Source: an uncultured Spirochaetota bacterium
GTDB taxonomy: Bacteria > Spirochaetota > Spirochaetia > SZUA-6 > Fen-1364
NCBI GenBank assembly: GCA_963781885.1
Contig: CAWAHW010000006.1
Coordinates: 349,943-413,942 of the forward strand
Direction of reading: 5' to 3'
Length of the DNA: 64,000 nt
The translations under genes and the position numbers were made by a program. The stretch's first letter is position 1, and each line of letters begins with the position of its first letter. The notes below the pieces were generated by a model, which saw only the letters and a list, made by a program, of their open reading frames with translations, was not told the origin of the DNA and made no database searches. This document shows, piece after piece, positions 1-11,494 of this stretch.

Positions 1-45
1 GGATGCTCCCCCATGCCCGGGCGCGCTGTCAAGGACGCGCCGCCT

Positions 46-1104
46 TCAACCGATGCGCGGCGGCCTGAATCTCACCTCCACGCGGCTCGTCTCCTCCAGG
101 CCCCACCCGCTCTCGCGCGCCACGGACCCCGTCATCACGATGAGGTCTCCCCTGCCCAGCGAAAAGAAAGGCTTCACGCCCGGCCCGGGACAGTCCTTGC
201 GCGCGGAGAGCGGGAATCTTCCCAACGGACCGCAGACCAGGTAGCGGATCCGCCCGCTTTTCGACAGGAGCGGCTCCGAGACCACCCTGTAGAGACCGCC
301 GTCGGGCGAGGAATCCGGCGGCGCGGCGGGTAGTGGCGATTCGAGGGGCGTGGCCGGCTTTCGCAGCACGAACCACGCCATCCGCAGGGTCTCCCTGCCG
401 ATGCGGGCGGCGTGCGCGAGCCTCTCCATCTCGGGCACGGGGGTCCAGTCGAACTCACCATGGCAGGTGCCTACCGGCAGGGCAGGGCAGTCCGACTGCC
501 AGATGCAGGGCATCTCGATCGTGAACCCCGCGCGCGCAAGCCCGTCACGGACCATGATGGCTTCCTGCGCGGTCTTCATGAGCGCCGGCTCGACGATGAG
601 GAGCCTGCCGCCCGGCCGGAGGCTGTCGGCGAGTCTCTGGAGGAAGGAAACGCGAAGGGCGATGCGATCCGCATGCCCCGCCCACAGCTCGTTCAGGGTA
701 TGGCCGAGCGTGATGAGCTCGAACTTGCCCGCGGGCGCGCCCGTCGTCTTCGTGGCGTCCCACGCGTGGGTCCGCAGCGAATGGCCGCGCCCCGCGGCGA
801 TCCTTCGGGCAAGAGCCAAAGCCGCGCCGCTGCGGTCGGCTGCGGTGACGCTGCGGACGCCCGCGTCGAGAAGGGCCAGGGAGAAGGCGCCCGGCCCGGC
901 GCCGACGTCCAGCGCGGAGGCGATCTCTGCGCCATCCCGCGGCCGCTGCATCATCTCCAGGCATAGTCGCGCCTGGGCGTAGGAGATGGGCCAGAAATGC
1001 AGGAGATAGGCGCCCAGGAGATCGGGCCGGCTGAGGTACCGCTCCCCCGCGAGGCTCCTCTCCCGCGTGAAGCCGTGGGAAAGCTCCTTGACGCGCGGGG
1101 CCAC
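46..1104 (-). CDS. Rsm22-family SAM-dependent methyltransferase
   Basis: Class I SAM motif ALDVGAGPG, LLIVEP, Cys/His cluster PCxxxxxCP..CH, late 'LVCGPLG'. The frame stays open ~55 codons upstream of the GTG, so the start is uncertain. Confidence 0.7.
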   Translation of the reverse strand: MAPRVKELSHGFTRERSLAGERYLSRPDLLGAYLLHFWPISYAQARLCLEMMQRPRDGAEIASALDVGAGPGAFSLALLDAGVRSVTAADRSGAALALARRIAAGRGHSLRTHAWDATKTTGAPAGKFELITLGHTLNELWAGHADRIALRVSFLQRLADSLRPGGRLLIVEPALMKTAQEAIMVRDGLARAGFTIEMPCIWQSDCPALPVGTCHGEFDWTPVPEMERLAHAARIGRETLRMAWFVLRKPATPLESPLPAAPPDSSPDGGLYRVVSEPLLSKSGRIRYLVCGPLGRFPLSARKDCPGPGVKPFFSLGRGDLIVMTGSVARESGWGLEETSRVEVRFRPPRIG

Positions 1105-1477
1105 GCTCCAGATTTCCTCGCGGCTCAGGGAACGGCTTTCAGCGCCGCGGGGGGCCGCCTTCGCGCGGCCTGCACCAGACCTCCAGATGGAAACGAGGGT
1201 AGGGTAGAGGTCGGATGGGATCTCGATGCGCGACGTGACCCATGCATAGCCGCCGCCCCGCGTCCTGTCAAGTTGTCATGACGATGTTTCTGAAAAGGCG
1301 GCGGGAGGCAAGAAGAGTACCCTCTCCTGCGCCTGCGGAGTCAAGACGTGGACGTTGCATCACCCTCCCCCCATGAGCCCGGGGCGGCATTCGGCGGCGC
1401 CGTGTATTCCGCGCGTCGTGCCCCCGCACGTGGGCGGACGTCCCTGAATCCGGTTGGCTGCGCGGCGGTCGTCACCG

Positions 1478-1486
1478 TGCTATAAT
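1478..1486 (+). promoter_or_regulatory. Extended -10 sigma70 promoter element (TGn-TATAAT)
   Basis: TGCTATAAT ~45 bp upstream of the ATG at 1533, with a GGAGG RBS in between. Confidence 0.6.
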
Positions 1487-1532
1487 CAATTGGAATTGTT
1501 CTTTCAAAAATAACGAGGGAGGAGGGCTTGGC

Positions 1533-2510
1533 ATGAAGACGAATTTCGAGTTCACGCTGCGGGGAAAGGACTGGTTCGGCCCCTTTATCGGTTACTGGGT
1601 CGTCGTTCTGCTCCTGAACGCACCGACATTTGTCGCCAACCGCATGATGCAGGCCGGCAGGACCCCGAACGCGGGATACGTCGTCCTCCAGCTCGTGATC
1701 GTGGTCGCGTCCGTCATTCTGGCGGCGGTTTTCACCATCCTATTCCTCAGGATCTTTGTCCCGAAGCTCTCCGTCGGGGGAAAGGCGTTTGCCTTCAAGG
1801 GTTCCATCGGGAAGTTTATCGGTCTCAATGTCGGTGGCGCACTTTTGACCATCATCACTCTTTCAATCTATTTCCCGTGGTACATCCGCACCATCGTCGC
1901 CTACCTTGCCTCGGAAACGACCTTTGACGGGGCAAGCCCTTCATTCGAGGGGAAAGGGGGAACGCTCTTCAAGTACTACCTGCTCTCCCTGTTGGTTCCC
2001 ATCGTCGTGCTCGTCGTCATCCTGGGCATCATATTCGGCGTCACCATGGCAATCGGGAGCAATGGAGCGGCCGGCGCGCTGTCCACGATCATCATCATCG
2101 TCGTGTTCCTGCTCTTTATTCCCTTCCTCTACCTGCTCTACAAGTGGTATGTGAACCTCCGCTGGAACGACGTGAGCATCGCCTGGAAGACTTCATTCTG
2201 GCCTTCGTGCGGCTTCGTGTTGGGCCAGCTTCTCCTGACGCTGATCACGGCCACGATCTACTGGCCGGCGGCCTTCCTCAGGATCTACCGGTACTTCACC
2301 GGCAAGACCGTGCTCGCCAAGGGGGGCGTGGAAACGGGCAGGCTGGGATTCGAAGGGGACATCGGCAAGGGCTTCGGCCTGCTCTGGGGCCAGACGCTTC
2401 TTTCGATCATCACCGTGGGAATCTACATCCCCTGGGCGTACGCGAATATCGGACGGTGGCTGCTGGGCGCCACGTATCACCAGGAGACGGCGGCACAGCC
2501 GACGGCGTAG
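1533..2510 (+). CDS. DUF898/YjgN-family inner membrane protein
   Basis: Multiple TM helices with the repeated LLTIITLSIYFPW / LLSIITVGIYIPWA motifs and F-x-F-x-G linkers; strong RBS. Confidence 0.75.
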   Translation: MKTNFEFTLRGKDWFGPFIGYWVVVLLLNAPTFVANRMMQAGRTPNAGYVVLQLVIVVASVILAAVFTILFLRIFVPKLSVGGKAFAFKGSIGKFIGLNVGGALLTIITLSIYFPWYIRTIVAYLASETTFDGASPSFEGKGGTLFKYYLLSLLVPIVVLVVILGIIFGVTMAIGSNGAAGALSTIIIIVVFLLFIPFLYLLYKWYVNLRWNDVSIAWKTSFWPSCGFVLGQLLLTLITATIYWPAAFLRIYRYFTGKTVLAKGGVETGRLGFEGDIGKGFGLLWGQTLLSIITVGIYIPWAYANIGRWLLGATYHQETAAQPTA

Positions 2511-2556
2511 CCGCCATCGCGGCATCCGCCGCGTGATGCGGGCGCGGGGGTCGGCG

Positions 2557-3975
2557 CTACCGCGAGGCGCGCCCTCCCCCGACGCCGAAAAGGCCTCTCT
2601 CCTTGATGACGCGCGCCGCCGGCGCGGGCACCAGAGATTCCCACTCGGGATCGCCCGCCTGCAGGAGGGAAAGCACCTCGCGCGGCATGAGGTCCTCGCC
2701 CGGCTCCCGGTGCACGGGAATGTGCTCCACGTACCCGTTCTCCAGCATGTAGGCGTACAGGTGCCCCAGCCGTCCCGGAACCTTGAAGCTCTCCGCGGTC
2801 ACCATCTCCCCTGTCTCACGGCTGCGCCAGGGATGGACGTAGAGCCGCACGGGCCCTCCCAGGAGCCGGCCAAGGGCCTCGAGTATGCCCCCGTCGAGGT
2901 CCTGGTAATGGCGCTCCTCCAGGATCTGCGAAAGCGTCGGCACCCCGAGCACCATGCCGATCCGCTCCGCGGTGTAGCGGCGAAGATACGTCGTGACGTT
3001 GTGGAAGCGGGAGTAGTTCGACACCATCACCGTCATGCCCAGCGCGCGCAGCGTGTCCATCCTTGCCAGGAAATCCTCGTGCTCGACGCGCTCGCCGAGT
3101 GTCATGAGGTTGCGCAGCGTCATCTCCAGGAGCACCACCGGCTCCACGGCGCCGGGTGCGAGCTCCGCCTTCATGTGCGCAAGAGGCATCTCCAGCATCG
3201 CAAGGGTGAGCTTCGTGACCGGACGGAAGCTGCCCCGCTCGATGAGCACCGACCGGCCGTGCAGGAGCTCCGCCGGCTCCACCACCTCACCGTCCGGGGC
3301 GAAGAGCGCCGCATTCGTCAGGCGCTGCTCGACAAGCTGAAGGCTCATCAGCCTGTTATCGATGCCTGTGAAGAGCGGGCCGGAAAAACGGATCATGTCC
3401 ACTTCCAGGCGGTCCCGGGTCAACCCGTCCATCAGGGACCCGATGAGCGCCTCGGGACGCGTATTGTCGTAGAAAGCGGCGGAGATCAGGTTGACACCAA
3501 GGATGCCCAGCGCCTCCTGCTGCCGTGCATTCTCCGCGTCCCACATGCGCGCGTGCACGATGATCTCCGACGCGCGGCCGTGCGGCTCGGCCTGGAATCG
3601 TATGCCCAGCCAGCCGTGGCCCTCGTCATGGCGCGTCCAGCTGCGGGTCGCCACCGTGTCGGCGAAGACGAAGAACTTCGTCGAATCACCGCGCGTCGCG
3701 TCCAGGCGCTCGATCAGGAGCGCCCATTCGTGGTCGAGCATCGACTGGAGGCGCTGCCGGCTCACGTAGCGCTGCGCGGCGCCGTAGATCGCGTCGGAGA
3801 CCGCCATGTCGTAGGCGGACATCGTCTTTGCCACGGACCCCGCCGCGCCGCCGACGTGGAAGAACCACCGGGCCACCTCCTGCCCGGCGCCGATCTCGGC
3901 GAATGTGCCGTAGCGGGCCGCGTCGATGTTGATGCGCAGGGCCTTGTCGTGGGTGCTGAGCACGTTTTCTGCCAT
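2557..3975 (-). CDS. Conserved cytoplasmic protein with a degenerate nucleotidyltransferase-like C-terminal half
   Basis: Conserved N-terminus YGTFAEIGAGQEVARWFF..GGAAG..AKTMSAYD, an RGSFRPVT motif and a WESLVP C-terminus. No signal peptide or beta-barrel. Confidence 0.6.
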   Translation of the reverse strand: MAENVLSTHDKALRINIDAARYGTFAEIGAGQEVARWFFHVGGAAGSVAKTMSAYDMAVSDAIYGAAQRYVSRQRLQSMLDHEWALLIERLDATRGDSTKFFVFADTVATRSWTRHDEGHGWLGIRFQAEPHGRASEIIVHARMWDAENARQQEALGILGVNLISAAFYDNTRPEALIGSLMDGLTRDRLEVDMIRFSGPLFTGIDNRLMSLQLVEQRLTNAALFAPDGEVVEPAELLHGRSVLIERGSFRPVTKLTLAMLEMPLAHMKAELAPGAVEPVVLLEMTLRNLMTLGERVEHEDFLARMDTLRALGMTVMVSNYSRFHNVTTYLRRYTAERIGMVLGVPTLSQILEERHYQDLDGGILEALGRLLGGPVRLYVHPWRSRETGEMVTAESFKVPGRLGHLYAYMLENGYVEHIPVHREPGEDLMPREVLSLLQAGDPEWESLVPAPAARVIKERGLFGVGGGRASR

Positions 3976-4006
3976 GGGATATAGTATGCACGCGGCGGAG
4001 GGGCAA

Positions 4007-4552
4007 ATGAAGAGCAATGTGGGAAGCGGCGACCGGGGGATCACGAGCCTGCTGAGCGGCGAGCGCGTTCCCAAGAGTCATGAACGGATCGAGGCCTGCG
4101 GAGAGCTGGACGAGCTTGCCTCCGTGCTCGGGGCTTTCTCCTCCTCGCTGCCGGAAGCGGAGACGGTCCTCCGCACGGAGGTGCAGGCGATACAGGCGGA
4201 GCTCCTCCACATCGGCGCGTGGGTTGCCGTGCATCCCGGCGCCGGCGCAAAGGGATTGCGCCCCGTCGAGGAAGCGCCGCTCGCGGCGCTCGAGGCAGCC
4301 ATCGACAGGATGGAGAGCGAGCTTCCCCCGCTGCAGAGCTTCATACTCCCCGGCGGGGCGCCGTCGGCATCCTGGGCGCACGTGGCCCGCACGGTCTGCA
4401 GGAGGGCGGAACGCCGCGTCATCGCCGCGGGTGGACAGGCAATGCCGGCGCCGATTCTCCCTTACCTGAACAGGCTGTCGACGTACCTTTTCGTCCTGGC
4501 GCGCCTGTGCAACAGGAGGCAGGACATACCCGACATGTCGTGGAAGGGATGA
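4007..4552 (+). CDS. pduO: Cob(I)alamin adenosyltransferase, PduO type
   Basis: GD.G.TSL..G.RV.K...IEA.G.LDEL, FILPGG, HVARTVCRRAERR, YLNRLS.YLF.LAR; GGAGG RBS. Confidence 0.85.
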   Translation: MKSNVGSGDRGITSLLSGERVPKSHERIEACGELDELASVLGAFSSSLPEAETVLRTEVQAIQAELLHIGAWVAVHPGAGAKGLRPVEEAPLAALEAAIDRMESELPPLQSFILPGGAPSASWAHVARTVCRRAERRVIAAGGQAMPAPILPYLNRLSTYLFVLARLCNRRQDIPDMSWKG

Positions 4553-5205
4553 CGGCATCCATCGAAGGAAGATATCGCACGACGATACGCAGCCGCGCGT
4601 GGCTTTCCCCGCGGACCTTTTCCCTGACGCTCGACAGGCCGCGGGGATTTGCCTTCACGCCGGGACAGAGCATCAGCGTGGGAATGGGCGGGACGACCAG
4701 GGACTACTCGATCGCGAGCGGCAGGGACGAAGAGCCCCTTTCGCTGTGCGTGCGATTGATCCCAACAGGGTCGCTTTCCCCGGTTCTCGCGGCGGCCGCG
4801 GAAGGCGCTGCCTGCACCATCGAAGGGCCCCACGGCTTGTTCACATTGCGGGAATCAGAGCGGCCGCCGGTCTTCGTGGCGACGGGCACGGGCATCGCGC
4901 CATTTGTCTCCATGGCCAGAACAGGCTGCCGCGGATTCAGCCTCTTCCACGGGGTGCGCTCCGAAAATGAGCTGTGCTTCCAGGACGAGCTGCGGCCGGC
5001 GGCAGATCTCTACATACCATGCCTCTCGCTCGATCCGCGTGACGACGCTTTTTCCGGCCGGGTCACGGAGGCGGCGGTGCATCACCTTGCCCCCGGCCCC
5101 TACGATTTCTACCTCTGCGGCGGCAGGGCCATGATTCGGGACTTCACGGTGCTCGCCGACGAACGATTTCCCGGTTCCCGGATATTCATGGAAGTCTTTC
5201 ACTAA
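4549..5205 (+). CDS. FAD/NAD(P)-binding oxidoreductase (FNR family)
   Basis: F.PGQ, RDYSIAS, VATGTGIAPF and FYLCG motifs; ATGA overlap with the pduO stop. Confidence 0.8.
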   Translation: MTASIEGRYRTTIRSRAWLSPRTFSLTLDRPRGFAFTPGQSISVGMGGTTRDYSIASGRDEEPLSLCVRLIPTGSLSPVLAAAAEGAACTIEGPHGLFTLRESERPPVFVATGTGIAPFVSMARTGCRGFSLFHGVRSENELCFQDELRPAADLYIPCLSLDPRDDAFSGRVTEAAVHHLAPGPYDFYLCGGRAMIRDFTVLADERFPGSRIFMEVFH

Positions 5206-5281
5206 GCGCCACTTTTTTTGACGTCAGGGCTCCCCGATCGTTAAGTTTGAGCATGATCCGGGTCTCTGCAAAGGGGGGCGC

Positions 5282-7249
<1,968 letters not shown>

Positions 7250-7300
7250 GGCTGGCACGCTGACGCATGCGGGCGCCGGTAGTATGGCGGATGATGGCTC

Positions 7301-7621
7301 CTAATCGCGGCGCTTCGGGCGGATCCAGATGGTGCCGGGGGTGCGGGCGGCGCGGCCGAAAAAGGAGAGGAACGAGCGCATGATGCGTGCCTTCACGAGC
7401 GCGCTCGTCCTGCGGCGCGCCTCGAGGCGTATCTCCTCCTCGATGCGCGCCGCTTTGGCCGCGGCGATCAACCCGTAGAGGGCGCGCCGCCGTTCGACGG
7501 AGAGCACCGCGAGTCCCCCTGCGCAGACCTTGTCGGGCATGCGCATGAGGATGTTCTGTAGGCGGGTGGCGTCCGTCCCTTCGATGCTCTCCCGGACGGC
7601 CGCCGCGACGTCGCGCGCCAC
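7301..7621 (-). CDS. Small hypothetical protein, weakly like the FliG C-terminal domain
   Basis: D...LQ.IL..M....A..L...........AA.IEEEI pattern; 106 aa. Confidence 0.4.
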   Translation of the reverse strand: MARDVAAAVRESIEGTDATRLQNILMRMPDKVCAGGLAVLSVERRRALYGLIAAAKAARIEEEIRLEARRRTSALVKARIMRSFLSFFGRAARTPGTIWIRPKRRD

Positions 7622-7622
7622 G

Positions 7623-7780
7623 CTATTTCAACGTCCTCTTGAAGAAGCCCACCATGACCTGGCAGGCATTGTCCGCCTTGTCGTCCTTCCAGAGCTGCCC
7701 GTTCTGCACCATGAATCCGTGCGGCAGGCCCTGGTGAACCTCGCCGCCGTGCTTCCGAGAACCCGAGTTGATTTCATGCA
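7623..7780 (-). pseudogene. Probable remnant of a dienelactone hydrolase C-terminus
   Basis: 'EVHQGLPHGFM...ADNACQVMVGFFKRTLK*' resembles the His-containing tail of DLH; the N-terminal part is missing. Confidence 0.4.
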
Positions 7781-7914
7781 CAAAAGATAACGCCGCCAAA
7801 TGCCGGTGGAAATGGAGCCACACGCGCCCGCGGCGCACTTTTCTCCATTACATAGGCTGCCGAGGCAACGCGTCTATTCTTGACTCACGGCATGCATCTA
7901 GTCTTTGATCTCAC

Positions 7915-10266
7915 GTGATGTCCCCGTCTCTTCTCGACCGCACCATTCAGTTTGCCGTCAAACGCGCGCCGTACGTGATCGTCGCCACCTTCGCCGCGAC
8001 ATTGGTGCTGGGGTGGTTCGCCCTGAAGGTAAGGATCTATCCGGATTTCGTGTCGCTCCTGCCGCAGAACGCGGAGGTCAACAAGATCCTCCGCGAATAT
8101 GGCGGTGACCATGCGTCCACGGACACCCTGGTGCTCGCGGTGACCGCCGACGGCTCGGGAGGCGACGTTTTCACGCCCGCCCGATTGTCCTCCTTCTCCG
8201 ACGCGGTGCGCGCCATTGCCGTCATACCGGGCGTGCAGGCGGCCATCACCCCGTTCAACCTCGTTGCCTTCGCCCGCGAGAGCGGGCGGCTGGTCATGCG
8301 CACCCTGAGCGATGGCGGCGTGGCGCCGACCCCGGAAGCTCTGCCCGATTTCCGCGCGCGCCTTCTTGCAACCCGCTATGCGACGAATCTCGTCGTGTCG
8401 CAGGACGCAACGATGCTGATCGCCTATTTTTCCGTGGCCCACGGGGTGAACCCCCAGGACATGATGCGCGTGGTGGACCCCATCACGAACAGCCTCCGAG
8501 GGCGCGGTCTCGTGCCATACGTCACCGGTACGATCGTCTCCAACTCGCAGACGGGCTACTACCTCTCCCACGATCTCACGCGACTGCTCATCCTCACGGT
8601 TCTCATCATCGTCCTCTGCTATGCCGCGGGGTTCCGCCGGTTTCGGGGCGTTATTTTTCCGCTTGTCTCGGTCGCTTTCGGCACAATCTGGATGGCGGGA
8701 TTCATGGGCATCATGGGCTTCTCCCTCTCTCTGATTTCCGTCGTGGCCCCTCCTCTCATCCTGATCTTCGGCAACGAGTACAACATCTACGCCACGAGCG
8801 AGCTGATGCGGATACCGCGCGAGGAGGGAACGGCGCCGGGATGGATCGAGCGGGCGAGCCGCAACATCTCCAAGCCGCTCATCATGGCTTTTCTCTCCAC
8901 CGTCGTCGGATTCCTCAGCCTGTGCGTCACGGACATCCGCCAGACGCGGGAGTTTGCCATCACGGCGAGCTTCGGATCGCTTGCCTGCGCCTTTCTCGCC
9001 CTGTTCTTCCTGCCGGCCATCCATACCTTCCTGCGGCCGCTGCCGCGGCGCGCCCCCGGCAAGAAGGGCTTCCAGACCGCGATGAAGGGGGTGGCGCGCT
9101 TCTCCTTCCGCCACCCGGTCGTCGTCCTTTCCGTGCTCGCCGCGGTGGTGGTGCTCTTTGCCGTGACGTGGCGCCTCCTGATCTTCAATACGGACACTTC
9201 CAGCTACTACCCGCAGAATGACCGGGTGATCCGCGACACCTATGCCATCTACGCGAAGGCGGGCGGCTACGATACGATCTCCGTCTCCTTCGACGCGCCC
9301 TCCGGGGCAACCGGCTACTTCCTCGACACGGCGGCGCTCACCCGGGTGGAGACCGCCGAACGGGCGTTGCGCGCCCTTCCCGACATCTCCTATGCCCTGT
9401 CGCTGCCCGACCTCCTCCGTTCCATCAATATCGCCGCCACCGGCACCGACGCGCTGCCGACGAACAAGGCAATCGTGACGATGTTCTCCCGGCTCCTCAC
9501 CGCGGCCGGGGGCTCGTCGCCGAGCGCGGCGATCCTCGCCAACCTCACGAACAGGGACTTCACCCGGCTCACGGTCAGCTTCCGCGTCTACAACTCCGCC
9601 ACGGGGCATTTCATGGACGAGGCGCGCTTCCGCACGATCCTCGCCTCGATGCACCGGATCCTCGACGCCAACCCGACGGGCGCCACTCCCGTGGTCTGGG
9701 GCGACATGATCCGCATCCTGTCGTTCGCGGATTCGCTGCGGCGCTCTCTCTTCATCTCCATGACGATCAGCGTGGTTTCCATCCTCGCCCTCACGATGCT
9801 CGTCTTCCGCTCCTTGCTCTACGGGCTCTACCCGCTGGTTCCCCTTGCCGCCGGCCTCCTCCTGAACTTTTCCTTCATGGCCCTTTTCGGCATCCCGCTG
9901 GACATGACCACGATCATGGTGTCGAACATTGCCATTGGCGTCGGCGTCGACAGCGCCATCTACCTGGTCATCCAGTACCGGCGCGAGCTGGCCCGCTCGC
10001 CGCGGGATCCCTCGGAGGCCCTCCAGCGCACCCTCGCGATCATGGGGCAGCCCATCCTGCTTTCAAGCCTCTCCATCGTCGCCGGGCTGCTCGTTTTCCT
10101 CACGGCATCCTTCCGCCCGGTGCTCTATTTCGGCCTTCTGGTGCTCTTCACGCTCCTGGCGACGACGGGCGGCACCCTCGTCACATTGCCGACGCTCCTG
10201 GGCATCGATACGCGCATCCGCCTCGCCCGCGCGAAGGCCACGCGCCGTGCGGCAGCATCGCCTTGA
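7915..10266 (+). CDS. MMPL/RND-family lipid transporter
   Basis: 783 aa with two repeats of TM plus periplasmic loop plus TM bundle; IAIGVGVDSAIY motif. Confidence 0.85.
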   Translation: MMSPSLLDRTIQFAVKRAPYVIVATFAATLVLGWFALKVRIYPDFVSLLPQNAEVNKILREYGGDHASTDTLVLAVTADGSGGDVFTPARLSSFSDAVRAIAVIPGVQAAITPFNLVAFARESGRLVMRTLSDGGVAPTPEALPDFRARLLATRYATNLVVSQDATMLIAYFSVAHGVNPQDMMRVVDPITNSLRGRGLVPYVTGTIVSNSQTGYYLSHDLTRLLILTVLIIVLCYAAGFRRFRGVIFPLVSVAFGTIWMAGFMGIMGFSLSLISVVAPPLILIFGNEYNIYATSELMRIPREEGTAPGWIERASRNISKPLIMAFLSTVVGFLSLCVTDIRQTREFAITASFGSLACAFLALFFLPAIHTFLRPLPRRAPGKKGFQTAMKGVARFSFRHPVVVLSVLAAVVVLFAVTWRLLIFNTDTSSYYPQNDRVIRDTYAIYAKAGGYDTISVSFDAPSGATGYFLDTAALTRVETAERALRALPDISYALSLPDLLRSINIAATGTDALPTNKAIVTMFSRLLTAAGGSSPSAAILANLTNRDFTRLTVSFRVYNSATGHFMDEARFRTILASMHRILDANPTGATPVVWGDMIRILSFADSLRRSLFISMTISVVSILALTMLVFRSLLYGLYPLVPLAAGLLLNFSFMALFGIPLDMTTIMVSNIAIGVGVDSAIYLVIQYRRELARSPRDPSEALQRTLAIMGQPILLSSLSIVAGLLVFLTASFRPVLYFGLLVLFTLLATTGGTLVTLPTLLGIDTRIRLARAKATRRAAASP

Positions 10267-10314
10267 CGATGGGCGGCCGCCGTCTTACTCTCACGGACGC
10301 AGAAGGATGAGCGT

Positions 10315-11449
10315 GTGAATATCACCATATCCGTCGTCGGCACCCGTGCGGAGTTGAAGCGTTTCATCGCCTTTCCACGGGCGCTGTATAAAGGAAACGC
10401 ATACTGGGTGCCGTCGCTGCAGAGCGACGAGCTGGACACGCTCACCCCGGGGCGCAACCCGGCCTTCGAAGACGCCGAGGCGCAGCTCTTCCTCGCCCGT
10501 CGGGAGGGGAGGATCGTCGGGCGGATCGCGGCCATCCAGAGCCATGCGGCGAACCGGAAGTACGGGACGAAGAACCTTCGCTTCGGGTGGTTCGACACTA
10601 TCGACGACGACGACGTGGCGCGCGCGCTGTTCGACGCCGCGGCGGCATGGGGCAGGGACAAGGGGTCTGGTCACGATGACCGGGCCGCACGGCTTCACCG
10701 ATCTGGATCCCGAGGGTCTGCTCATCGAGGGCTTCAACGAGCTTGCCACGATCGCCGTGATCTACAACCATCCCTACTACCCGGCGCTCATCGAGCGCTA
10801 CGGGTTCACCAAGGAAGTGGACTACGTCGAATTCCAGGCGCTCTCCCCGGAGGGCACCGTGCTGCCGGAGAAGATGGTGAAGCTCGCCGAATGGGGCGCC
10901 AAGCGCAACGGCTGGCATCTGGTGAGGTTCACGGACATCAAGAAGCTGCGCGCGGAGTACGGGCAGAAGCTTTTCGACATGATCGACGAATCCTTCGAGG
11001 AGCTCTACGGCACCGTGCCCCTCACCCAGAAGCAGAAGGAATACTACATCCGCAAGTACATCCCTTTTGCGAATCCGAGCTTCATCGAGATCGTCGCCAA
11101 CGAGGCGAAGGAGATGATCGGTTTCATCATCGCCCTGCCCAGCCTCTCCCGCGCGTTCCAGAAGGCCCGCGGCAGGCTTTTCCCCTTCGGGTTCTTCCAC
11201 ATCCTGCGCGCCCTGCGGAAATATGACACGCTTGACTTCATGCTCGCGGGCATCCGCAAGGAGTTCCGGGGCAAAGGGGCCGACCTTCTCATGACCATCG
11301 ATATCTTCCGCACCGGTCTCTCCAAGGGCATCCGATTCGCCGAATCCAATCCGGAGCTTGAAACGAACGCCCGCATCCAGAACGAATGGAAGATCGTCGC
11401 CACCCGGCAGCACAAGCGGCGCCGCATCTACAAGAAGAGCATCGTGTGA
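10315..11449 (+). CDS. GNAT-fold YghO / bacterial ceramide synthase-like N-acyltransferase (frameshifted)
   Basis: FI.FP..LY....WVP.L, GRI.GRIAAI, RFGWFD.IDD, GP.GF.D....GLL.EGF, YN.PYY, ELE.N. One extra G in the run at 10662-10665 splits ORFs 10315.. and ..11449. Confidence 0.7.
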
Positions 11450-11494
11450 GTCGCGGGGTCCCACCGGCGCCCGGCGCGCCGATCGAGGCCGCGC

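Noticed and set aside
2557-3975. TonB-dependent receptor, a label I recall being attached to this family
   Set aside because: No signal peptide, plug, beta-barrel pattern or terminal Phe.
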